Assembly: GCA_965612795.1 (NCBI GenBank)
Contig: CBFDTI010000046.1
Location: forward strand, 1-10,283
Reading direction: 5' to 3'
Length of the DNA stretch: 10,283 nucleotides
From: an uncultured bacterium
GTDB lineage: Bacteria > Hydrothermota > UBA3073 > NMUJ01
The notes beneath the pieces were generated by a model. It made no database searches. It was not told the origin of the DNA and worked only from the letters and a program-made list of their open reading frames with translations. Numbering within the stretch: position 1 is the stretch's first letter; each line of letters begins with the position of its first letter. The position numbers and the translations under genes were made by a program. This document shows positions 1-6,590 of the stretch, piece after piece.

Positions 1-1
1 T

Positions 2-196
2 AAGCCCACCAAGGTGTACGTAGCTGATGGTACATTACGTGCGATATATTTGACAGCTGGTAAGCATAATGTTGAATTTACGTGTAAATCGAAACTTTTC
101 TATGTAACAGGGATCATCACACTTATCGGGTGGATCATCGTTCTTGCTGCGACTTTAACAGAACTTGTGAGAAAAAGGCACAAGGTACATGATTAG
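2..196 (+). CDS. C-terminal fragment of a YfhO-like membrane protein (5' truncated by window edge)
   Basis: Frame is open from position 2 (KPTKVYVADGTLRAIYLTAGKHNVEF...), resembling the YfhO C-terminal 'R-A-V-x-L-x-A-G-x-H-x-V-E-F' segment. A hydrophobic TM helix and basic tail follow. TAG at 194-196 overlaps the alr start by 8 nt. Confidence 0.65.
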   Translation, partial: KPTKVYVADGTLRAIYLTAGKHNVEFTCKSKLFYVTGIITLIGWIIVLAATLTELVRKRHKVHD

Positions 197-1274
197 CCGT
201 ACTTGGGTAGAGATAGATTTGGCTACATTACGTCATAATTTAACCGTGATAAAGGAACGTTTGAAGGATAAGAAATTACTGGCAGTAGTTAAAGCTGATG
301 CATATGGGCATGGCTTGGATGGACTTGTGCCGGTGCTCGACCACTACATCGATTTTTGGGGAGTAGCTTCATTGGATGAAGCTTTCAAAATCAGAAATAA
401 CAAACCCATAGTAATACTATCGCCGATATTACAACCTGAGGTTACACCAGTTGTTGAAAATAGTTTCATACCCACCGTAAGTTCTATGGAGATTGTACAT
501 GCACTATCTAAGGAGGCCCAAAAGCTGGGCAAACTAGTCAACATATTCGTTGAGGTGGACACAGGTATGAGGCGTACAGGGGTGCCGCTTGAAAAAGCCA
601 TAGAATTTATCAACCGTATGGAGGATATCCCGAACATTAAGATAATGTCGATATTTACACACCTGGCGACTGCAAGTCTACCTGAAGGGGGGGCGAAAGT
701 ACTGGAGCAGGTACGGCGTTTCCGTAATTTATTGAAAGGGCTACGTAATTCTTACATGGTGCATGTTGCTAATAGCGCAGGTTGGTTGAGGTTCCCTGAA
801 ACCTACGAGGGATTCGACCTCGTACGCATAGGAATATTGATATACGGGTTATCACCGTTCGATCAGAAGCCCCCTATACCGGTTAAACCCATACTTGAAT
901 GGAAAACGCGCATCGTCGATATAAGATGGGTAGATGAAGGCATGGGGGTGAGCTACGACCATATATTTATTGCACCTTGTAGGATGAAACTCGCTACATT
1001 GAGTGTAGGTTATGGTGACGGCTATCCAAGGAGTTTATCAAATCGCGGCTATGTGATGATACACGGTAAGAAAGCCCCTATAGTAGGTAAGGTATGTATG
1101 GATCTAACAATTGTTGACGTCACTAATATATCAGATGTAAAAATAGGGGATGAGGTCACCCTGGTAGGTCCTGGTATCACAATGGAAGAAGTTGCGAAGC
1201 TTGCTGATACAGTAAACTATGAGGTCGCTACACGAATAAGTCCAAGGGTACCTCGCATATATTTGGAGAAATAA
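189..1274 (+). CDS. alr: Alanine racemase (PLP-dependent)
   Basis: N-terminal RTWVEIDL, PLP-lysine motif AVVKADAYGHG, DTGMRRTG, HVANSA, VSY (second catalytic Tyr), GYGDGYPR, GKVCMD, YE...RVPR; 361 aa. Confidence 0.96.
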   Translation: MISRTWVEIDLATLRHNLTVIKERLKDKKLLAVVKADAYGHGLDGLVPVLDHYIDFWGVASLDEAFKIRNNKPIVILSPILQPEVTPVVENSFIPTVSSMEIVHALSKEAQKLGKLVNIFVEVDTGMRRTGVPLEKAIEFINRMEDIPNIKIMSIFTHLATASLPEGGAKVLEQVRRFRNLLKGLRNSYMVHVANSAGWLRFPETYEGFDLVRIGILIYGLSPFDQKPPIPVKPILEWKTRIVDIRWVDEGMGVSYDHIFIAPCRMKLATLSVGYGDGYPRSLSNRGYVMIHGKKAPIVGKVCMDLTIVDVTNISDVKIGDEVTLVGPGITMEEVAKLADTVNYEVATRISPRVPRIYLEK

Positions 1275-1278
1275 GACG

Positions 1279-2079
1279 ATGAAGAAAATCACCATCCCAT
1301 ACCTTTGGGAGTTAAAGCGCAAAGGTGAAAAGGTTGTTTTACTCACCGCATACGACTATATGATGGCGGCAATCGAGGATATGTTAGGGGTTGAGGTCAT
1401 ACTCGTGGGTGATTCATACGGTACAACATTAATGGGATATTCTGATACGTTGCCGGTTACTATGGAAGAGATGTTGGTCGCCACCCGTGCAGTAGCACGT
1501 GCAGTCAAAAATGCCATGCTGATAGTCGATATGCCATTTATGAGCTATCAAGTATCGCCAGAGGATGCCATACGTAACGCGGGTAAGTTTATGAAAATAG
1601 AGGGGGTAGATGGTGTAAAGCTCGAAGGTGGTGCCCACATAGCACCTACAGTGGAGCGGCTCGTCAAATGTGGTATACCGGTGATGGGACATGTAGGGTT
1701 GCTACCACAGAGTATAAAGCAGATCGGTGGTTACAAGGCAAGAGGTAGAACTGATGTGGAGGTTAAGCAATTAATAGCGGATGCGAGAGCACTCGAATCT
1801 GCGGGCGCGTTCTGCATAATTGTGGAGGCGGTAAAGAAGGAAGTTACACCATTGATAAAAGAGGCGGTCGATATCCCTGTGTATGGAATAGGGGCAGGCC
1901 CACATTGTGATGGCCAGATACTGGTTGTGTACGATATATTAGGGCTTACACTGTTGCCTAAAGTGCCCAAATTTGTTAAGAAATATGCCGATATTAAGTC
2001 AATGATCGAAGCTGCCATCAAGCAATACATCGAGGAGGTGAAATCGGGTCGCTATCCAGATGACAAACATTCATATTGA
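1279..2079 (+). CDS. panB: 3-methyl-2-oxobutanoate hydroxymethyltransferase
   Basis: Motifs LTAYDY, ILVGDS, DMPFMSY, KLEGG, MGHVGLLPQ, GIGAG...DGQILV, PKFVKKY; 266 aa. Confidence 0.97.
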   Translation: MKKITIPYLWELKRKGEKVVLLTAYDYMMAAIEDMLGVEVILVGDSYGTTLMGYSDTLPVTMEEMLVATRAVARAVKNAMLIVDMPFMSYQVSPEDAIRNAGKFMKIEGVDGVKLEGGAHIAPTVERLVKCGIPVMGHVGLLPQSIKQIGGYKARGRTDVEVKQLIADARALESAGAFCIIVEAVKKEVTPLIKEAVDIPVYGIGAGPHCDGQILVVYDILGLTLLPKVPKFVKKYADIKSMIEAAIKQYIEEVKSGRYPDDKHSY

Positions 2080-3053
2080 TGGCAACTGAATTTGAAATAG
2101 TTGAGTTTCTCAGGACTATGTTCCCACATATTGGGGATGATGCTGCTATATTCGAGCTCAAAGATAAAGGAGTTGTATCGGTTGATACGTTCATCGAACG
2201 TATACATTTCCCTGCAATAGATACGAGCATATTTTCGTTATACGATATCGGCTACAGGGCGACAGTAGCTACACTTAGTGATATAGCTGCTATGGGAGGT
2301 AAGGCCTTGTACCTGCTTGTAAGCATAGGGGTTAAGAAAGGTGATAGGGCATGGTTTAAAGAACTTTACGATGGAGTGCAGCAAGTCCTTAATATGGCAA
2401 GCGTCGCACAGGGTGTCGAGGTTAAAGTTGTAGGTGGTGATATAACGTATTCGGAGAATCTTATGATATCCATGACGGTGATCGGTGAAGCAGCTACCCC
2501 AATCATGCGTGGAGGGGCCAAACCCGGTGATAAAATAGGTGTGACGGGTGAGCTCGGTCGTGTCAAGCTGGCATGGTACACTCTAAAGCAGGGTGGTGTA
2601 TTGCCTGATTGGCTTAGAATAAAGTTGTTGCAACCACCGCTCAGGTTAAAGGAAGGATTAACACTTCGTGACCATGTACGTGCGATGATCGATATATCGG
2701 ATGGGTTGCTACTGGATCTATCCCATATATTGAGGATGAGCGGTAATTTAGGTGCAGTCATTAATCTGGAAAAACTTCCTGTACTCAACGATGTACGCAA
2801 ATGGTGTGAAAAGCAAGGACTTAATCCTATCGAATATGCACTCAGTAGTGGTGAGGAGTTTGAACTACTTTTTACCTATCCACCAGAAGTGGAGGAACAG
2901 ATTAATATAAGGTTCACACCAATAGGTGAAATAACCCACCAGCCTGGTATTTATGATAATCAAGGTTGTAAGTTAACCCCAAGGGGGTGGGATCACTTCG
3001 CACGACGTACTAACCCACCTAACACACCGCCTACTAACCCAAGTACTGCGTAG
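2079..3053 (+). CDS. thiL: Thiamine-monophosphate kinase
   Basis: Motifs EF...IGDDAA, SDIAAMGG, VGGD, GAKPGD, IDISDGL, GEEFELLFT, GWDHF. ATG at 2079 chosen (TGATG coupling with the panB stop) over TTG at 2076. Has a 17-aa tail after GWDHF. Confidence 0.95.
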   Translation: MATEFEIVEFLRTMFPHIGDDAAIFELKDKGVVSVDTFIERIHFPAIDTSIFSLYDIGYRATVATLSDIAAMGGKALYLLVSIGVKKGDRAWFKELYDGVQQVLNMASVAQGVEVKVVGGDITYSENLMISMTVIGEAATPIMRGGAKPGDKIGVTGELGRVKLAWYTLKQGGVLPDWLRIKLLQPPLRLKEGLTLRDHVRAMIDISDGLLLDLSHILRMSGNLGAVINLEKLPVLNDVRKWCEKQGLNPIEYALSSGEEFELLFTYPPEVEEQINIRFTPIGEITHQPGIYDNQGCKLTPRGWDHFARRTNPPNTPPTNPSTA

Positions 3054-3322
3054 TATAAGAAACCCAACATTATACTACCACCAATTATACTGCCAACGAA
3101 TCCACCTACCAGCCCACCGATGAATCCTCCCAATATTGTGAGGAACAAGAATGCAAGCACTCCACCAACTATACCGCTACAGAAGCCTGCCCATAAGCCG
3201 GTTATGGGGCCCCTATCAGCTAAAATGCCAGCAATAAAGCCCGCAATTATGGGACCGGCCACTGGGATGAAGCTTAAAACGATCATCGCTATAAACCCTA
3301 TCACTACAGCTACTAAGAACAT
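2993..3322 (-). CDS. Small Gly-rich multi-pass membrane protein, DUF5518-like
   Basis: 109 aa, almost wholly hydrophobic with many GxxxG motifs (GPIIAGFIAG, AGFCSGIVGG, GLVGGVLGG) and a basic C-terminus. Strong SD AAGGAGGT just upstream of ATG. Family assigned from recall. Confidence 0.8.
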   Translation of the reverse strand: MFLVAVVIGFIAMIVLSFIPVAGPIIAGFIAGILADRGPITGLWAGFCSGIVGGVLAFLFLTILGGFIGGLVGGFVGSIIGGSIMLGFLYYAVLGLVGGVLGGLVRRAK

Positions 3323-3325
3323 GCT

Positions 3326-3333
3326 ACCTCCTT
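3326..3333 (-). promoter_or_regulatory. Shine-Dalgarno site of the DUF5518-like gene
   Basis: Minus strand reads AAGGAGGT-AGC-ATG. Confidence 0.8.
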
Positions 3334-3392
3334 ATTCTTAAATTTTTCAACCGATACTTATGATTACAGTAACACATTTTAAATTCCATAAA

Positions 3393-3419
3393 TTAATACC
3401 ACGGAATACCATGTGTCAA
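3393..3419 (-). promoter_or_regulatory. Putative promoter of the DUF5518-like gene
   Basis: Perfect TTGACA (3419-3414), then TATTAA after 15 nt (preceded by TGG), or TAATTT after 18 nt. Confidence 0.55.
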
Positions 3420-3446
3420 CTTAGGTCATAATATAGGTTGAAAAAG

Positions 3447-3473
3447 TTGACATCACATGAAGTAAATTATTTT
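3447..3473 (+). promoter_or_regulatory. Putative promoter of the S8 peptidase gene
   Basis: Perfect TTGACA at 3447-3452, 15-nt spacer, TATTTT at 3468-3473. Confidence 0.55.
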
Positions 3474-3526
3474 GTTAAGGGTGAGAGGATTCATAATTTC
3501 GAACTGGTGGGGCTTAATATTCTAAA

Positions 3527-3533
3527 AAGGAGG
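3527..3533 (+). promoter_or_regulatory. Shine-Dalgarno site of the S8 peptidase gene
   Basis: AAGGAGG ends 5 nt before the ATG at 3539. Confidence 0.85.
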
Positions 3534-3538
3534 AGATA

Positions 3539-5965
3539 ATGTTTCTGTTTATCTTGGTAATCTTAGGTATAACCCAATACGTGGGGGATGAGTTAGTAAT
3601 CAAAGTGGATAAGCTCACAGCTGTGCAACTAAAACATGGTGATACAAAGGCGCTACTACCTGCGGGGATAGAAATTAAGTGGCTGGAACCACTCTTTCCG
3701 GGTACGCACACAAAGAGGGGAGGAGAATTACTTGATAGATGTTTTAAGTTGAAGCTTGGTGGAAAGGGGATGCTCGAATCCGCTATGGCTAAACTCATAG
3801 CCCTACCGGGGGTTGAAGACGTGCAGCCTATTGCCATACATGAGTTCGATATCGTACCTAACGACCCTAAGCTCTCATATCAATGGTATCTCGACCAAGC
3901 AAACGACTGTGATATAGATGCACCTGAAGCCTGGGATACAACCACTGGATCGAACACAGTAGTGGTAGCTGTGGTAGAGACAGGTATCCAGTACACGCAC
4001 GAAGATTTGGTTGACAATATATGGGATAACCCTGACGAGATACCGAATAATGGTGTGGATGACGATGCTAATGGTTACGTAGATGATACATTAGGATGGG
4101 ATTTTGTCGATGGTCAGATGGGTAGTTATGCATGGTGGCCGGGTGAGGATTCGCTAACGGAGGATAATGAGCCGTTGGATTTCAATGGCCACGGTACACA
4201 TGTGGCCGGTATAATAGGTGCGGTTACAAACAATAACATTGGGGTGGCAGGTGTTAATTGGGACGTTAAGATAATGTGTTTAAGGGTGGGAGGCTCAGTC
4301 AATGTGGGTGGTCAAGAAAGGGGTGCATTGCGAACAGATTGGGCGGCAAAAGCTATCGTCTATGCGGTAGATGAGGGTGCTCACATAGTCAACTGTTCGT
4401 TTGGTACATCGGCGACTGGTGGATTACCATATGCTGCATGGTATGCAGCACAGAATGGGGTGCTTATCGTACATGCTGCAGGTAACGACGATTCAGAGAC
4501 AGCGGACTATTTTGGTAAGCGTGATGAGATATTGAATGTAGCGGCCACTAATTCAAGCGACCAGAAAGCGAGTTTCTCAAATTATGGGGATTGGGTGGAT
4601 GTGTGCGCACCGGGGACAAATATCTACAGCACGTATTCGCGATGTGATACAATAAGATACTGCGATACTGGATATACCTACATGTCTGGTACCAGCATGG
4701 CGACCCCCGTAGTAACAGGTATAGCTGCGTTGGTTAAGGCCAAACAACCCTCATGGACATCCAAACAGCTATATGCAAGGGTTTACGGTATGGTTGATAC
4801 TATAGATCATCTGAATCCCGGTTATGAGGGAAAACTCGGATCCGGTCGTGTCAATGCCTATTATGCGGTGAATTTTGCGCCAACATTTAACCCGAGGATA
4901 GTAGCTGATACAATAAAAGTGACATACACATATACACCGAAAACAACATTCGTAGATTCGATATATAATCATACCTACTATAGGGACTGGAGGTCGAACT
5001 CATGGAGTATGAACTACTACATAGCGACTAAGCTAACACCGAGATGTCATCCATGTACGGTGGATTCACTTGAAATCCGATTTCGTGTGTATAATGGTGA
5101 GCCGTCAGATTCTGATACGGTATTTATATGGACAGACAGTGGCGGTGAACCCGGCACTTTACTACGTAATGTGGTGTGGGATATACCAGCAAGTAGTGGA
5201 TGGTATCTGAAAACGGTGAAAATCGATCCACCCGTAACAATAGACACAGGAAGTTTCTGGGCAGGCTATAGAGCATTTACAATTGGTAACAACGCATTAA
5301 GATCTGTGACCGATACATCGGTCAGATACCCAGTTGAGGGTATTAACAAATACAGTAGTGACAGACAAACATGGTATACCTTTACATATAATGGCAAGGA
5401 ACGCGATTTCATAATAACCGCATTTGTAAGGTATAGTGGAAAAACAGATAGTGGGTGGGTCAAAAACGTGGGTAACTTTACGTTGAGAGTGGCAAGCTCC
5501 GAGACCTCAGATACAAACTGGATAATAGGGTGGCAGCCACGTAGGTTTGAGATCGAACCAGGTGAATCACTAGCCATACATGTGGAGGTTGATACCACTC
5601 TATCGGATGGTACATATTCAGGTAGTATCACCCTTTATACGAACGATCCGGATAGTAATCCGTTTATATTGCCGGTGAAATATACAGTTTCACCTGTAAG
5701 TATTGCCGAAAGAGTGGAGCAACTCCGTGTACCTCGGTTGATGGTGTACCCAACTATAGGTGCTGGTGTATTCCAGATAAAGTATTCAGTTGCACATAAA
5801 TGTAAGTTGACTGTATACGATGTGATGGGTAGAAAACTATACAGCATACCCGTGGAACGTACCGGTACCCATATGTGGAGAGTATCGAATGATTTTAAAC
5901 CCGGCATATATTTTGTACACCTGGAAGGTACGAAACTAGTGAGCAAGGTTATACTGATTCAGTGA
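3539..5965 (+). CDS. Secreted S8 (subtilisin-like) serine peptidase with propeptide, beta-rich middle domains and T9SS type A-like C-terminal sorting domain
   Basis: Short hydrophobic N-terminus; PND...QW mature start; VAVVETG (E at the catalytic Asp position); NGVDDDANGYVDD insert; HGTHVAG; AAGN; GTSMATP. Ig-like segment NVGN...IEPGES...TNDP. CTD VYP...KLTVYDVMGR...PGIYFV...KVILIQ. Confidence 0.92.
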   Translation: MFLFILVILGITQYVGDELVIKVDKLTAVQLKHGDTKALLPAGIEIKWLEPLFPGTHTKRGGELLDRCFKLKLGGKGMLESAMAKLIALPGVEDVQPIAIHEFDIVPNDPKLSYQWYLDQANDCDIDAPEAWDTTTGSNTVVVAVVETGIQYTHEDLVDNIWDNPDEIPNNGVDDDANGYVDDTLGWDFVDGQMGSYAWWPGEDSLTEDNEPLDFNGHGTHVAGIIGAVTNNNIGVAGVNWDVKIMCLRVGGSVNVGGQERGALRTDWAAKAIVYAVDEGAHIVNCSFGTSATGGLPYAAWYAAQNGVLIVHAAGNDDSETADYFGKRDEILNVAATNSSDQKASFSNYGDWVDVCAPGTNIYSTYSRCDTIRYCDTGYTYMSGTSMATPVVTGIAALVKAKQPSWTSKQLYARVYGMVDTIDHLNPGYEGKLGSGRVNAYYAVNFAPTFNPRIVADTIKVTYTYTPKTTFVDSIYNHTYYRDWRSNSWSMNYYIATKLTPRCHPCTVDSLEIRFRVYNGEPSDSDTVFIWTDSGGEPGTLLRNVVWDIPASSGWYLKTVKIDPPVTIDTGSFWAGYRAFTIGNNALRSVTDTSVRYPVEGINKYSSDRQTWYTFTYNGKERDFIITAFVRYSGKTDSGWVKNVGNFTLRVASSETSDTNWIIGWQPRRFEIEPGESLAIHVEVDTTLSDGTYSGSITLYTNDPDSNPFILPVKYTVSPVSIAERVEQLRVPRLMVYPTIGAGVFQIKYSVAHKCKLTVYDVMGRKLYSIPVERTGTHMWRVSNDFKPGIYFVHLEGTKLVSKVILIQ

Positions 5966-5966
5966 A

Positions 5967-6040
5967 CGCGCCTGGAGGGACTCGAACCCCCAACCAGCGG
6001 ATCCGAAGTCCGCTGCTCTATCCTGTTGAGCTACAGGCGC
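5967..6040 (-). tRNA. tRNA-Arg (anticodon UCG), CCA not encoded
   Basis: Reverse complement folds as a cloverleaf: acceptor GCGCCUG/CAGGCGC, D arm GCUC/GAGC, anticodon stem GCGGA/UCCGC with loop CU-UCG-GA, T loop UUCGAGU, discriminator G. Confidence 0.96.
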
Positions 6041-6048
6041 TAAAGCAA

Positions 6049-6122
6049 TGCCCCCAGGAGGAATCGAACCTCCAACCCTCGGATTAGAAATCCGATGCTC
6101 TATCCAATTGAGCTATGGGGGC
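6049..6122 (-). tRNA. tRNA-Arg (anticodon UCU), CCA not encoded
   Basis: Acceptor GCCCCCA/UGGGGGC, D arm GCUC/GAGC, anticodon stem UCGGA/UCCGA with loop UU-UCU-AA, T arm GGAGG-UUCGAUU-CCUCC, discriminator A. Confidence 0.96.
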
Positions 6123-6124
6123 GT

Positions 6125-6142
6125 TTACTATATTTATAGTAA
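6125..6142. repeat. Perfect 8-bp inverted repeat TTACTATA-TT-TATAGTAA
   Basis: Read directly: 6125-6132 is the reverse complement of 6135-6142. Confidence 0.85.
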
Positions 6143-6162
6143 GAGAAAACAACGAACGTCAA
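6136..6162 (-). promoter_or_regulatory. Putative promoter of the tRNA-Arg pair
   Basis: TTGACG (6162-6157, overlapping the cdd TGA stop), 15 nt, TACTAT (6141-6136), ending 13 nt before the mature tRNA 5' end. Alternative: TATAAA after 18 nt. Confidence 0.55.
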
Positions 6163-6539
6163 GCCTTACCTCTGAATGGATGTGTCAAAAGGGTGCGCAA
6201 TGTTGTACGTAGTTTACCTTGTTTCCACACTATGATAATGATTAGGTTGTCGCAAAATTCTGATATCACCTGTAAGCATGCACCACATGGGTAGACAGGC
6301 ATATCCGTGGGCGTATAGACAGCGAGCATTTTGAACTCCCTGTAACCGTGACTCAATGCGTTAAATACTGCCACACGTTCAGCACATATTGTTAACCCCA
6401 ATGATGCATTCTCCACATTCGCACCGGTGAATATTTGGTTATCCTCAGTAAGTATAGCTGCACCCACCCTGAAGTTTGAATAAGGGGAATATGAGAATTT
6501 ACATGCTTTTTGGGCTGCTTCGATCAGTTTATCCTCCAT
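6159..6539 (-). CDS. cdd: Cytidine deaminase (homotetrameric type)
   Basis: YSPYSNFRVGAA, GANVENAS, Zn motifs CAE and PCGAC; 126 aa. Confidence 0.96.
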   Translation of the reverse strand: MEDKLIEAAQKACKFSYSPYSNFRVGAAILTEDNQIFTGANVENASLGLTICAERVAVFNALSHGYREFKMLAVYTPTDMPVYPCGACLQVISEFCDNLIIIIVWKQGKLRTTLRTLLTHPFRGKA

Positions 6540-6543
6540 ACTT

Positions 6544-6587
6544 TAAAATTAATCTGGGTTGCCATACCGCAAGCTTGATTAACTTTA
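6544..6587. promoter_or_regulatory. Imperfect inverted repeat forming a putative bidirectional promoter between cdd and the acyltransferase
   Basis: TAAAATTAATC...TTGC-catacc-GCAA...GATTAACTTTA. Plus strand TTGCCA-N15-TAACTT-N5-ATG; minus strand TTGCGG-N15-TAATTT-N6-ATG. No SD before either gene. Confidence 0.5.
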
Positions 6588-6590
6588 CGA

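Noticed and set aside
189..3053. alr-panB-thiL as a novel joint pathway
   Set aside because: Each is an ordinary housekeeping enzyme, and mixed-function operons are common in compact genomes.
3000..3320. Repetitive ccacc/ccaac/acc pattern suggesting tandem repeats or CRISPR
   Set aside because: Explained by antisense Gly codons of the membrane protein; no fixed repeat-spacer periodicity.
3323..3538. Riboswitch or sRNA in the longest intergenic region (e.g. TPP near thiL)
   Set aside because: AT-rich, no TPP core recognised, downstream rather than upstream of thiL, and largely accounted for by two promoters and two SDs.
2993..5966. Possible genomic island (DUF5518-like + S8) integrated at the tRNA-Arg 3' end
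   Set aside because: No integrase, and I found no duplicated tRNA 3' end (att site) near the thiL junction.
6159..6539. Deaminase next to tRNA-Arg genes as a tRNA-editing enzyme (TadA or CDAT8-like)
   Set aside because: It has CAE/PCGAC and NVENAS motifs of free-nucleoside Cdd rather than the TadA HAE. Both tRNAs already have U34 and U8.
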